The notes below the pieces were generated by a model. The model was not told the origin of the DNA. It worked only from the letters and a program-made list of their open reading frames with translations, and made no database searches. A DNA stretch of 64,000 nucleotides, taken from Octopus vulgaris. Its lineage: Eukaryota. Made by a program: the position numbers and the translations under genes. Below, piece after piece: positions 39,253 to 55,148 of the stretch. How positions within the stretch are numbered: the first letter of the stretch is position 1; each line of letters begins with the position of its first letter. The stretch is from NCBI GenBank assembly GCA_951406725.2, contig OX597833.1, positions 49,476,001 through 49,540,000 of the forward strand, read 5' to 3'.

Positions 39253-40139
39253 CATTCATACATATATATATATATATATAATCACACATACACACACATA
39301 TATATGTCACATAAATCTCTCTGTTTTCATATTAAGGTATTAGGAAGATAAGTAGAAATATAGTAGTGTCACGTCGAACAAGATGAGAAACAGTTAAAAT
39401 TGTATGACAACAACTACGTGCGCAACAGTAGCGAAAGGTAGCAGCCATTTTATTGACCTGGCTGTTTTTGCAGTCCACTGCAGATAACCACCATGACGAA
39501 ATGTGATGTAGTAGGTGATAAAGACGTTAAAATTGCATAATATTGCAATGAGATCGGAGAGATGAACAACGGGGGCGATTATTTGATCGATGAGTTTGTT
39601 GTTGATAAAGATAAGGTAAAAGTAATTAGTAAGCTGGTTGTTAGATGACCAGCAGGTTTTATGTGTTTATGTTAGCTTATATGCTTTATATAGGCTTTAC
39701 AAACATCAAGAAACTGCTGAGTTGAGCATATTTATTATTGACGATCATGATTATTCCGTGACATGAAGCTGTTGGCATAACTAGCCAGTATTTGCTAAGA
39801 ATTCCGAAACAGGTATATTACACCGGAAATATATATGTTTATTTTATGTACACACATAACTTTATGCCCAAGAACGATAGCACACTCATGGACAATTTTT
39901 CATGTAAATGTATTCCTTATAAAAGAAATGGCAAGTTATACACAAACATATATACATACAGAAGTATCCACACACACATTTGTCACCGTGATACAGCTTG
40001 ATCAAACGAGGGTATGTTATTAATGAAGTCGCAAATGGTGACGGAAGAACTTCGATAAGAAACCTGTTGATTGGGTGAGTTAATAAGTCAACCAAACGAT
40101 TAGCAAATAAGTTAATTAATTAATAGGCTGACGTTGTTT

Positions 40140-40352
40140 TCCTTTCTATTATAAGCACAAACTCTGAGGTTTTGTGGAAGAGGGTAACCGGATTATATTG
40201 ATCCCTGGCTCAACTTGTACTTATTCTATTGATGCCGAAAGACTGAAATGTAAGGTAGACCTCGGAGGAATTTAAGCTTAAAACGCAAGGCCTGAAGAAA
40301 TGATGGACAGCTTTTAACTGGTGTGCTAACGATTCAACCATTTTACCACCTT
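40140..40352 (-). mobile_element. Old family M SINE
   Basis: Diverged reverse match (ACCTCGGAGGAATTT, GTGTGCTAACGATTC). Confidence 0.6.
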
Positions 40353-40415
40353 TTAATTGACTGACTAATAAAAAAGTTAAAGAATAAAAGTAAAATAAAA
40401 CATTTGTATTGCAAT

Positions 40416-40419
<4 letters not shown>

Positions 40420-40485
<66 letters not shown>

Positions 40486-40603
40486 TGTATGTATGTATGT
40501 ATGTATGTATGTATGCATGTATATATGTATGTATGTATGTATGCAAGTATGTATGTATGTATGTATATATATATATGTATGTTTGTATATATATATGTAT
40601 ATA

Positions 40604-40696
<93 letters not shown>

Positions 40697-40775
40697 TAAA
40701 TAATATATAATATAAATAATATATATATATATATATGCATACATACATACATATGTGTATATATATACACACACA
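40420..40775. repeat. Compound (TA)n/(TATG)n microsatellite
   Basis: Direct reading. Confidence 0.95.
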
Positions 40776-41779
40776 TAACTAATTAATTAACAATATCTAC
40801 TTTCTCAAATTTTCAATAATCAAGTGTTAAGCCATACGGTAAATATGATATCGCTAGTCCATTATATTACTTTGTGAAAAAAAATTAATTCTGTCTGAAA
40901 GAAGTGCATCAGGTTTTTTGACTTTTCCAGAATTTTAATTCACTCTTGTCTAAATTTCTATTTTGGTTTATCTTATTTTCGCACTCATTATTTTGTTGTT
41001 GCTGTATTTTGAGATAGCCTGGCGTATTTTGTTTGGAATATTTAGGATTATTACTGTGTAAAAAAATCTTTCTTTTATTTCTAAATTCGGAAGACGCAAG
41101 AATAAAATTGTTAGCATCAATTCTTCCACATTTAAGTCTAAAATTTGTAAAGAAAAAAATTCTTCTTTACCACTCGTAAAAAAAGAACGAATTTTTACCT
41201 CTCGTAAAAAAGAAAGATTTCACCGATTAAAACTCCACTGCGCGAGCACTCACACACACACACTATCCCATAAAAACTGAAACCAACAAGCTTTAATATG
41301 TTTTCAGAATAAATTCAATCTGTAAACAGGATATATTTATTTCCTCCCCACCAGAAAACATATAATGATTTCTGACAGAAAAAAAAAACAAGTTTGAAAT
41401 ATTCAAATGATTTAAATATGATAACAACATCAAGAGTGGTTAGAACATACGCACACATACGCACATGTTCTTACCTCAAGAACGAATGAAGGGTTCAGTT
41501 TGAGAGGCATCCTTCTTTTCTCTGGTGCTACCCCCAGCAGACGGGATTTTGATATCAATGTCTGTTTTGAAGAGCCTTGATGCGAGAACGTCGCTCTACA
41601 TACATACATACATACATACATACATACATACATACATACATACATCCATCCATCCATCCATCCATCCATCCATCCATCCATACATACATACATAGGTTCG
41701 CGCGCGTATATATGTATGTATATATGAAGGGATATAATAAATATCCTGGAAACAGCTGTAAGACATTTATAAATAGAAG

Positions 41780-41831
41780 GTCTTACAGCTGTTTCCAGGA
41801 TATTTATTAATTATATCCCTTCATCGGAGAC
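41780..41831 (-). ncRNA. Minimal type I hammerhead, U4C variant, with partial inverted copy at 41724-41764
   Basis: Minus strand GTCT-CCGATGA-agGGATAT..ATATCCtg-GAAACAGCTGTA-AGAC; palindromic stem III ACAGCTGT; GUA site. Confidence 0.6.
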
Positions 41832-41968
41832 GGTGTAAGAGGATGGTGAAGTAATAGTTAATTTAGATAAGATACGAAATAGAGAGTGACGTGGAGGAAT
41901 GAAAATAGATGTGAGATATGCAGGGATATTGTATTTGTAGATCCATTAATTAGGCAGAATGAATATAT

Positions 41969-42381
41969 ACTCTTTTACTCTTTTACTTGTTTCAGTCATT
42001 TGACTGCGGCCATGCTGGAGCACCGCTTTTAGTCGAGCAAATCGACCCCGGGACTTATTCTTTTGTAAGCCCAGTACTTATTCTATCGGTTCTTTTGCCG
42101 AACCGCTAAGTGACGGGGACGTAAACACACCAGCATCGGTTGTCAATGCTAGGGGGACAAACACAGACACACAAACACATACACACACACATATACATAT
42201 ATATATATATACATATATCCGACAGGCTTCTTTCAGTTTTCGTCTACCAAATCCAGTCACAAGGCATTGGTCGGCCCGGGGCTATAGCAGAAGACACTTG
42301 CCCAAGATGCCACGCAGTGGACTGAACCCGGAACCATGTGGTTGGTTAGCAAGCTACTTACCACACAGCCACTCCTGCGCC
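41969..42381 (-). mobile_element. Family A SINE, full length
   Basis: Reverse match from GGCGCAGGAGTGG to AGTAAAAGAG tail. Confidence 0.9.
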
Positions 42382-42713
42382 TATACATATAAGATTCCAA
42401 TACCTTGCGAGTAAAATCCAATAGTATTTGATATTGGTCATTCCAAGCATAGAGTTTGTACACAGTACTGTTGAATCAAGGGGTTTTATTTATTTGCATA
42501 ATCACCGAACCTGAAGCTTAACTCAGTATTACCTGACATCTTTGGGTCTTACTGACACCTCTCATAACCTCCTATATATATATTGTTGACATCATATGAG
42601 AAATATATATGTGTGCGCGGCGCGTCTATGTATTTACATTTTCATTTAGCTTATTTTCGTAATTAATAAGCTTATATCCTTTTGTTGCCTTAGGCTTTAT
42701 CTTAAAATATATT

Positions 42714-42802
<89 letters not shown>

Positions 42803-42899
42803 ACACGCGTTATGCTTTTTGGTTTTTGGATAGTGTATACACGAACGGATCCTGTTGGCAAAATAAATGAAAGTGTGTTGTAGTTGTTGTCATTTATCA

Positions 42900-43383
<484 letters not shown>

Positions 43384-43856
43384 GGACGTGCGAAAAATTT
43401 TTATTGCAAACAAATAGAATCAATTCATTTTTGAAAGCCTCCTGAAGCATTAAAATTAATCTGGAAGATTTCTTTTTCTTTTTTTTCTTCTTTTTCTTTT
43501 CTTTTTTTTTTGTTTTGTTATCACTTTCAGTCAATCAAAATGAATTAACTTCCTCGATATCTTTATTATAAGGTTGCTCAAAATGATTAACTTGTTAGTA
43601 CTTTTGTGAAATCGATAGTTCAACTATTCACGCGATTTTACCCGCATTAGATCGATAAGAAATGAAATATTATAAATACACAAAAATGAATTCTAGAAAC
43701 ATAATACTAATCAAGACCGGAATCGCTGTCACAGTTATCAGGCATAGACAACATACAGAATCAGATAACAATTTGCAATCACCTTTAGAATGCGTATGTG
43801 CGCAGCCACGTTTGTATAAACAGCGAGATACCTAAACAGACAAACCCACATATATA

Positions 43857-44250
43857 GGTGCAGTTGTGGATGTGTGGTTTGAAATTTACTTCCCAACCAC
43901 ATGGTACCGGGTTCAGTCTTGCCACGTGCTGCCTGCGACAAGTATCTTCTACTATGGCCTCGGGCCGACCAAAGCCTTGTGAGCGGATTTGGTAGACGGA
44001 AACTGAAAGAAGCCTGTCGTATATATGTATATATAAATGTATGTATGTATTTGTGTGTCTGTGTTTGTCCCCCCACCATCGCTTGACAACCAATGTTGGT
44101 GTGCTTACGTTCCCGTAACTTAGCGGTTCAGTAAAAGAGATCAATAGAATAAGTACTAGGCTTGCAAAGAATAAGTCCTGGAGTTGATTTGTTCGACTAA
44201 AGGCAGTGCTCCAGCTTAGCCGCCGTCAAATGACTGAAATAAGTAAAAGA
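43857..44250 (+). mobile_element. Family A SINE
   Basis: Matches head and tail. Confidence 0.85.
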
Positions 44251-44964
44251 ATAATAGAACTATTATCTTTATTGTGTATCTTTATTGTGTACTGATCTTA
44301 TATTTTTCCAGTGGGAGTTTATAAGTGATTTTATTCGTAAAATCAGCTTTCTGATCATTTTAAAGTTATGAACACTTTTATATATTAAATCGTTATCATT
44401 ATAAAAGGCAAAGTCAGCTTGGGTGAGATTTGAACTCAGAACTCAGGACGCAATGACTCACAACTACTAATAAGTCGCAATGCAGTTTATCCATCACTAT
44501 ACCATACAATCAGATCCACCTCCATTAGAAGATAAAGTAGTATTAACAAGCAAGACAAAAAGCGAAAAGTACGATGCTACTTCATAATTGTGAAAGTATC
44601 GTAATTATTTTCTCTATAGCCATGATTAAATGGAAGCAAGCCATAGAAGAAGCAGCAAATTGTATAGTTTGAAGCCGTTTGTTCACCTTTCAGAGGATGA
44701 CTTCAACATATATCATCACTTGACAATATCCACATTATTTTATTTCTAACTTTCTAAATCGATGACTGATCCGAAGCAAGAGAACTTTTTCACTTGTCCA
44801 CGTTGTTGTATTCAATTAAGTATAATTGTTGTAATTTTGTATGCATGTATCACAGCAAGCTTCTTTAATGAGGACGACATTTTTTTTTTTGTTCTTTGCC
44901 TAGCTAAAAATAATTGAAATATTTTTTTGCTTCAAATACACACACAAACACACACACACACACA

Positions 44965-45055
<91 letters not shown>

Positions 45056-45118
45056 TTGTACATTAAAAGCCAAAGCGAGGGTTTTATATGTTTACTTGAA
45101 TTATTCTCTCTCTCTTTC

Positions 45119-45173
<55 letters not shown>

Positions 45174-45177
<4 letters not shown>

Positions 45178-45314
45178 TCTGAAAAGAACTCAAGAAAAAG
45201 GAAATGAATTTTCTCAAATCACCTAACACACACACACACGCATACACATACACACACACGTTAGGTGATTTGAGACAATATATTTTTCTTTTTCTTGTGT
45301 TCTTCACGGAAATA
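45174..45314. repeat. ~54-bp inverted repeat with (CA)n spacer
   Basis: ..TCTCAAATCACCTAAC / GTTAGGTGATTTGAGA.. arms 45174-45227 and 45260-45314; left end abuts (TA)n. Confidence 0.8.
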
Positions 45315-45657
45315 ACATTTGTTGTCATCAACTTATCCGTGCTAAATGTCACATGAGTTGTAGACACATGTGATTCTCGATTACGCATGCCTGTGTGAGT
45401 AAGAGTACTGCAGTATGTATTTCGTAAAAAAAAAAAAAGAATTACACAAAAAACCCTCTAGTTTTTTTCTTCTCTGTGGGTAATGGTGATATATGGATAT
45501 ACAGCGAGGTACTGGTGGCCACGTATTTATGGCACGTTGATGGTGGTTCTAATTGTAATTTCATTTACATGGACACATATTCTGTATTTCAGGATACGAA
45601 TTCACATCAAGGATCTTGCAAACCAAATAAAGAAACGAAGTGTACATAGGCACATTC

Positions 45658-45990
45658 TTCTTTTCTCCTATTCTTTTATTTGTTTCAAGTCATTAGACTA
45701 AGGCCATAAAGAATCTTAGTCGAATGAATCGATCCTCGTAATATTTTATCGTTTAAACCTAGCACTTATTCTTTCTTTTGATCCATTTTGCCGAACCGCT
45801 AAGTTACGGGGACGTAAACACACCAACACAAGTTGTTAAGCGGTGATGGGAGACAAACAAACTGGCGCTGACACACACAAACAAAGGACGGGCTTCTCTC
45901 AGCTTCCATCTACTAAATCCGCTCACAAGGCCTTGGTCAACCCGAGGCTATAGGAGAAGACACTTGCCGAATGATGATAATGATGATAAC

Positions 45991-46042
<52 letters not shown>

Positions 46043-46400
46043 GTAATAATAATAATATTTTTTTCTAATTTTTGGTACGAGGCCAGTAATTTTGAGGGAA
46101 AAGGAAAGGCGATTACACCGACCCTATTACTCAACTGGTACTTGCTTTATCGACGCAGAAAGGATGAAAGGTAAAGTAAACCTCGGCAGTATTTTGAATT
46201 CAAAAAGTAAAGAGAGCCGAAATCAATGTTGCAAAGTATTTCTGCCAGCTCTCTACGTTCTGAGTTCAAGTATCGCCTAATTCAACTTCGACTGTTATCA
46301 TTTAAGGTGTCGATAAAATAAATACCAGTCCAGTCCTGGTGTTCATATAATTGATTAGACTCGTCCCTCATCAAATTCCAGGCCCTCTGACTGCATTAGA
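45658..46400. mobile_element. Cluster of decayed SINEs: family A (-, 45658-45968), family M (-, 46065-46250; +, 46255-46400)
   Basis: Diverged matches to family motifs. Confidence 0.7.
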
Positions 46401-47116
46401 AGCAATTTAATCTTATCAATATTATTATTACTGTATTTTGGCATATCAAAATGGCGGTTCTTTCGACCGGAAGTTTCTGTTTTAATCACTGAGAATAGAA
46501 ATTGAATAAGAATAAAGAATAAGGATAATCATTAGAATCTATTGACAAGTAAGGCATACAATCATGTAGTAATCAGTAGATAATTAACGGCCTAATTATC
46601 TGAGATTTTGTGAGAATATATAGAGGGTCTCGTCATCTAAATTACAGATAATTTTTTTACTTTATTTTGTAAGTGAAACTTTATTATCGATTTTAATTTA
46701 TTAACAAGTTGACTGTTATGTGGCTTGCTTGCATTTTATAGCGGTAATTACATTGTGATAGTCATTTTAAGAATGGCATGTTCATTGTTATGTTTTATTC
46801 CTAACAAGAGAAAACCTTGAATTATTAGTTTTTACAATGTTGTATTTTTTAAACGGATTTTTGATGATATGATTGTCTATTGAAGGCAGATTCTAGTTTG
46901 ATAATATCATTACTGATATTTTCTATGTAAAATCACATTGTCTGTTTTATAGTATCATATTTATGATCATCTGTGTAAAACTGAAAGTCCTGTAGTTCTG
47001 CAAATAGATTTCGAATAAACCGCATTCTATTGTGTTAGTGATTTTTATATGTACCCTCTAATATGTCACAAAATCTTAGCCGCAAAGAGCTACAAAAAGC
47101 CTTCATGTACATACAT

Positions 47117-47151
<35 letters not shown>

Positions 47152-47669
47152 CACACATACATACGTATATGCATACACACACACACACATAAATATATAT
47201 ATACATACGTACACAGACACACAAACATGCACACATATTTAATGAGTGAACTATGATGTCAATTAAATGTTAATGAAATTTTATTTATATGTGTGTGAGT
47301 GTCTGTGTGTGAGTGTCTGTATGTGAGTGTATGTGTGTGCGTGTATGTTAAAGAGAGAGAGTGTGTGTGTTTGTGTGTGTATGTATGGTAGAAATTATGT
47401 ATACAGGTGAATATATAACCTCTAATGTTTGGGATCCCACGAAGATTTTCGTTATTCAGTCTGCTTTCTATAGAGTTAGTGATTAACAACTCTACTGAGT
47501 AGCATTATCAGTTTCTAGCTACAGAGAAAATGTAAGAAAAATATAAATACAAGTTTATATCATAGTTCCTACGTCAGTTTCCCCATTCTAGTTGTTTGTA
47601 GCCCAACGATAGATGTCCCAAATACATGTAGATGTTCAACCACAACGGATCCTCTGCATATATATATAT

Positions 47670-47965
47670 ATAAAATTAGAAAAAAACCTCACCTTTTATG
47701 AATTCAAAATGAACAATTAAATTACCCCATCTAGAAAATTACATATAATAGAAATATTAAAATTAAAATAACGTATATAAAAACGTATATAATTTATATA
47801 AATTATATACGTTATTATTATTATTTTTTTGCAATTTACTTAATTATTGACATTTTATTATTTCAATTTTAATATTTCTATTATATGTAATTTTCTTGAT
47901 GGTGTAATTTAATTGTTCATATTTTGAATTGATAAAAGGTGTTTTTTTTTCTAATTTTTTATATA
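47670..47965. repeat. ~100-bp inverted repeat between (TA)n tracts with an internal perfect 32-bp palindrome
   Basis: Arms 47670-47771 and 47857-47965; AACGTATATAATTTAT|ATAAATTATATACGTT at 47782-47813. Confidence 0.85.
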
Positions 47966-48057
47966 TATATATTATATCGTGTGAAATTTGATTTAGTATT
48001 TCTAAATTGAATTTTTTCGTTGTAAGTTGGGATTTTATTCCCTCAAATAATAATTAT

Positions 48058-48093
<36 letters not shown>

Positions 48094-48655
48094 TATATAT
48101 ATGTATATATGCATACATACAAATGACAAGGAGCTTGCTTCGCAACCTCATGCTTCCCGGTTCCCTTCCATTACGTGGCACCTTGGACCAGTATTTACTA
48201 CCATATTCCTCGGGCCGACCAAAACCTTGTGGATGGATTTGGTTGATTGAAACTGGAAGACGTCCGTCGTATATATATATATATATATATATATCGTATT
48301 TACTAGGTTAACAACATTCAGAACAATCTATCAGTAATTAATCATTTCCGAGGCCCCTGTGTTTTCTATCAGGTTCACCTGTGACCATCGAATTCTTAAT
48401 AGATGTCTTCAGAAGATTTCAAATTTAAGGAATTAACCGTAATCGTTGTTCATAATTTGGTCTTGCTTTCATCTTTCTCAACAGTCCTGGAAATCCTCTG
48501 AATGCTATGGTCGATGCCCTTCTGACCTACCCGAAGCCATATATAAAGAAAAAAAACTTACCGAGAGTTTACCGTTTAAATTTTGCTAATCAAATAATCT
48601 TACATTTTTACGCGTATATTTGTTACAGCCACATACTCTAGCCATGATAGAGTTT

Positions 48656-48987
48656 GAGACCCCCTTCGGTCACGATACAGACCATGTAATTGCACCTAGA
48701 AAGTTACCCTCCCAGACACAAGTCCGGGCAAGGTTGTTTATGGAAGACCAGCTGTCACCCATGCATACCGGCCTCCCCTCTCCACTCCACCAGTGTTATC
48801 CAAGATAAAGGCCGATACAGCTTGGCACCTGTGACGTCGTAACTCATTTCTACAGCTGAGTGAACTGGATCAACATGAAATAAAGTGTCTTGCTCAAGAA
48901 CACAACACGCATCCCGGTCCGGAATTCGAGCTCACAACCTCACGATCGTAAGCTCGACGCTCTAACCACTGAGCCATGCGCCTTCAC
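48656..48987 (-). mobile_element. Family B CORE-type SINE, full length
   Basis: Reverse match to 17859-18197. Confidence 0.9.
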
Positions 48988-49975
48988 TATAGGCGTCTTC
49001 ACTAATGTGCCTTCACTAATGATAGAGTATCGTCACCAATTAAGATAAGGCATTGATTTCCGTCTGCGGCGAATCTTTTCTAGAATGTTAGTGTAATAAA
49101 ATAAATTAAAAGTGATTAAATTAAGTCTATAGATAACAACAGGGATCTATATATTTAGATGCCTTGTAAGAAACTTGTGTCAGATTTAATGAAGTAAAGT
49201 AATACATTAAAAAAAATTTAAATAAGAAAGCAATGAATATTTGAAATAGAGTCGAACTCCGTACCAGTAAGTTCAAAGTGCTTGCTTTTCCTTCTTAACC
49301 AAATAGCTAAGAATTAATTATGTTCCTTTTTTTATGATATCATGAAATATTAATCTTCCGGATTGCTGTATTGGTTGCCATTTTATGCAATGTAAAACAT
49401 ATTTTACGTTGCTGGCCTAATTGCACGAGATTACATCTGTATTGAGTGTTGAAAGTGAAAAGTCGGGGCAGTTGGAAAAGTAAGTAATTTTATAACAGCA
49501 GAATTCTTAATTATGAGACTGAGTTATAAAAAAATATTGCTAGAAATCTCACAATATCGAGCTATAAATTCAAAGATATTACAGAAATTACAGAACATTT
49601 TCGAATTATTACTCATATTGTTGTTTTTGTTAAGTTTATGTGGTAATAAAAACTGTATTATGAGAACACTGCAATGTTGATTAGCAATATTTATTATGAT
49701 TTTGTTGTAGACGCTGATTGCTTAATATAGACCTTCTTGATTCAATAAGTAATACTTAAATGAAACTGAATAATAATGAAAATATATATGAACATCAACA
49801 TCTGTACTTTTCTTTTGCCACACTCTACCTGTCACCGAAGTCCGCTAATTCACCTAATTATCTGTATTTTATCTTGTTTTGTATCAAGGGCACCTAATTC
49901 CCGTCACGAGTGTTTGAAATCATGTGGCTACGCCAGGTTTAGCGTGATAATCTCACAGTGAAGTAGCCTATTTCA

Positions 49976-50086
49976 GAGGGTGCTGAAAAGTTCCTGGCTT
50001 TAAGGGTGTAGCGAAAAGGCTAGTTGGAGGCCCAACTTTCCGAATTTTTTCACAGCGTTTAGAAAAACTGAAAGGCCGCTACACCA
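49976..50086 (+). mobile_element. Mariner-derived MITE fragment
   Basis: GGGTGCTGAAAAGTTCCTGGCTTTAAGGGT terminus; related to 61230-61410. Confidence 0.6.
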
Positions 50087-50123
50087 AGGACTTATACGTA
50101 AAGTTTAGGCTGGTTGAAATGTG

Positions 50124-50352
50124 TTTGTGACATATTTTAACTGCTAAAAGGCAAATTCACTGCAGATACCGTGCAAAAAATTTTCTCTTACGGTAAAAAG
50201 GTAACGATGTAGTTTTAATAAGGTCTGTCCAGAGTTGCCTCTCTTTGGTATTTCGCACTGATAACGACTAAAGAGCTAGGAACAGCGATATCTGGGAATC
50301 CTGGTAACTGCAGTAGATTTGCCTTTTAGCAATTGAAATATGTCACAAACAT
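50124..50352. mobile_element. MITE-like element with ~50-bp inverted termini
   Basis: TGTTTGTGACATATTTTAACTGCTAAAAGGCAAAT..CTGCAG versus CTGCAG..ATTTGCCTTTTAGCAATTGAAATATGTCACAAACA. Confidence 0.7.
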
Positions 50353-50413
50353 TAAACTTAAACTTTGCTTATGCTTAAACACTGCTTGGCGCTGATATTA
50401 CTGTTACTGTGCC

Positions 50414-50453
<40 letters not shown>

Positions 50454-51649
50454 ATGTGTGTGTGTGTGCGTGTGTGTGTGTGTGTGTTCGTGTGTTTATA
50501 CACCCATATAATATACATAATATATATACATACATATATATATATATGCAAATCTTCAAATCAACTACTTCCCCCACTTTCCTCTTAACCCCCACTCTTC
50601 CCTCTTCCTCCACCTTCCACCTCTAATGTTATCACTAGCCTCATTATCAACCCTAACCTGGAAATCTATTTTCTCCTCCCACTACTTTCTATCTAAACAC
50701 CCCAACTCCTCTTCCTAACACACTTAGTTCTCCTTAAAATCATTCTATCTTTAAACTCCATCCTGTGAACGCTCGAAATGTAAAAATCTCCAATGCAAAA
50801 ATCTCTCCTGTAGACGGAATAAAGAAATACACATCGCAACCCAATGGTCGCAGTAACGATTGAGGCAAGTCTACCAACTGTTTCACCTTGCCATGTCTTG
50901 CTTTAACTTCTCTTAACTTATTCAGTCAGTGTATTTCAACCTCCTTTTTTACCTTCCTAACATTTCCTACTAACGGCCTTACTATACTACACTATAACCA
51001 TGTTGCCTGAGATATACCAACACAATAAGGAAAATACATTGTGGATGAGCCAAAGAACTGTATACAGTATAAATATATAACTTCTCCAAGATTTTGTAGC
51101 TAAACTGAAGACTCACGTTAAACATTCAAGTTAAAGAAACAAGCAAAAATCAAACACGCACAAAAAACTCAACCGCTTAAATGATCTAATTCATTGAATA
51201 GGAGAATTAACAGGAACAGGGTTTGTCCTATCCTAATGGGGTGAGATCATCTTCAGCCAAATCTACAAAAAATATATAATAATAATAATAATAATAGTAA
51301 TAATAGTGGAAACAATGTATAATAATAAATTGGAATAAAATGGGTAAAGTACATTTTCTTACTTGACGAAATAGAAAACGAGTAGTCTGATATAAAAAAG
51401 AGAAAAATATTTAAAAGATGGTAACGAAGCAATAGATAAAATATCATGGAAGACTTTTAAAAAAACCATGTTAGTAAAGTCATGCCGGATAAGACGCATC
51501 GAGAGCGTGAGAGTTTCTTTTCTGAGAATATGTTAGTTAAAAAAAATGTTCGAGAAGATTCTCTAGACGTATTCCTTACACAAAAGCATGTCACTAGATG
51601 TACATAAACATCAACAGAAATCAAAACATCGTGGAATAAAATATAGAAC

Positions 51650-52840
<1,191 letters not shown>

Positions 52841-53230
52841 GAGAGATGAGGTTCAAGTTGTAGTACATGCTAAAATCCATATGTGAATTTACGGGTCGTA
52901 TGATGCGCTCAAGCTCAATCGTGGTTAAGAAATTCGTATAGCATGTGGTTCTTTGTTCGAACCCACATTTCGAAACAAAGAGCAAATACCTTCCACTACA
53001 GCCTCGAGTTGACCTAATACCTTGTAGGAGAAATTTGGTTGAGAAGACTATGCGGAAGCTGAGCTCGTGTCATACATACATACATACATACATACATACA
53101 TACATACATACATACATACATACATACATACATACATACATACATACATACATACATACATACATACATACATACATACATGTGTGTGTGTGTGTGTGTG
53201 TTGAATAAAACGAGACAGCAAAGCCAATAT

Positions 53231-53509
53231 GAAGGCGCATGGCTCAGTGGTTAGAGCGTCGAACTCACGATCGTAAGGTTGTGAGTTCGAATCCCGGACC
53301 GGGTTACGTGTTGTGTTCTGTAGAAATGAGTTGCGACATCACAGGTGCCAAGCTGCATCGACTTTGCCTTTCCCTTGGATAACACTGGTGGCGTGGAGAC
53401 GGGAGGCCGGTATGCATGGGCGACTGCTGGTCTTCCATAAACAACCTTGCCCGGTCTTGTACCTGGGAGGGTAACTTTCCCACGGTCAGTCATGACCGAA
53501 AGGTGTCTC
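53231..53509 (+). mobile_element. Family B SINE with internal deletion of part of the CORE domain
   Basis: GAAGGCGCATGGCTCAGTGG head; GTGTTCT joined directly to GTAGAAATGAG. Confidence 0.85.
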
Positions 53510-53707
53510 AGCAACAATACTCACACACACGCTAGAAAAGTTGAAAATTCGTGAGGTAAACAATAAGCGTCTAAATATCCGCTTCATGCTGTGTGTTCTT
53601 GCGCAGGAATGTTATATGAAGTTTTTTACACTTAATATAGTATGCTAAGAGCGCCATAGTTGTTACTGATACCGCAAAAGAACTCTATATAGGGTTTCAC
53701 TGAGATG

Positions 53708-54108
53708 GAAGTAGATTTCGAACGCAGTATAGCTGTGAAAACACCAGAAAGTTTGGATATATATATATATTCTTTGTTCACTCTTATATGACGTAAAATA
53801 AAAAATGACAGCATGAAGCTACTGGAGTCGAACCCAAAGCTTTGAAGTACCGGTTGGATACTTTACCATTAAGCCAAATTCCGCTAATAACAGCTGTAGT
53901 GACTTTTAAAGCTAAATAATTGTTATTGGGATGCAAAAACATTTTAGGAAAAAACTTTAGAAGAGTTGAATGTGTTTGGTATTTTGCTTACAAGAAAGTA
54001 AATTTCGAAAGCAGTATAGCTATGAAAACAGCAGAAAGTTTGGGTAATTTTTTTAATCTTATAAGACGGAAAAATATTGCCAGCAGGCGGCTGCGGGAAT
54101 CGAACCCA
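53708..54108 (-). repeat. Diverged ~287-bp tandem duplication carrying Pol III A/B-box-like heads
   Basis: 53708-53836 is similar to 53995-54108; minus TGGCTTAATGG..GGTTCGACTCC at ~53822-53876. Confidence 0.55.
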
Positions 54109-54504
54109 TATACAAACTGTTTTGCAGTTAGTTTATTTTTTGGCTTATGTGTGACTTCTCTGTATTGATACTATTTTGCGGGCGCACACCGAAACTATTT
54201 TGATGGGTGTCGTTGGTGTGGTTGGGTCTTTCTTCTTCTTCTGCTGCTGCTGTTTTTTTTGTTTTAGCTCCAAGTCAGATCTGAGTGCGCTTCTGATTAA
54301 AAGTGTTCCAGCTGTGACCACCATGTACTATTTTGTTTTTAAATAGTACATTGAAAACTACATTAATCCACACACAAAAAAAAAACATGGTTTTCAAGCT
54401 GAAAGCTAGAACTGAGAAAAGAAAAAGAACAGAAATTTCCAGGTAAATGATATTGATTACTTCTTTTCCTTCTTCTACCACCATCACCACCACCAACACC
54501 ACTG

Positions 54505-54581
<77 letters not shown>

Positions 54582-54584
54582 TAA

Positions 54585-54797
54585 TCCTTTCTACTGGAAG
54601 CACAAGGCCTCATATTTGGGGAAGGGATAAAGTCGATTACATCGACCCCCAATGTTCAACTGGTACTCAACTTATCGACCTCGAAAGGATGAAAGGCACA
54701 GTCGACCTCGGTGGAATTTGAACTCAAAAATAGCGACGAGCGAAATACCCCAGACATTTCGTCCGGCGCGCTAACGATTATGCTAAATCGCCTCCTT
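54585..54797 (-). mobile_element. Family M SINE embedded in (TAA)n
   Basis: Reverse match to family M. Confidence 0.8.
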
Positions 54798-54813
54798 AAT
54801 AATAATAATAATG

Positions 54814-54848
<35 letters not shown>

Positions 54849-54849
54849 T

Positions 54850-54882
<33 letters not shown>

Positions 54883-54921
54883 ATGATGATGATGATGATG
54901 ATGATGATAATAATAATGATG

Positions 54922-54970
<49 letters not shown>

Positions 54971-55041
54971 TGATAATGATAATAATAATAATAATTATAA
55001 TAATAATAATAATTATAACAATAATAATAATAATAATAATG

Positions 55042-55096
<55 letters not shown>

Positions 55097-55148
55097 TGAT
55101 GATGATGATGATAAAAATAATAATAATAATGATAATGATAATAATAAT
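54797..55148. repeat. (TAA)n/(TGA)n microsatellite
   Basis: Direct reading. Confidence 0.95.
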
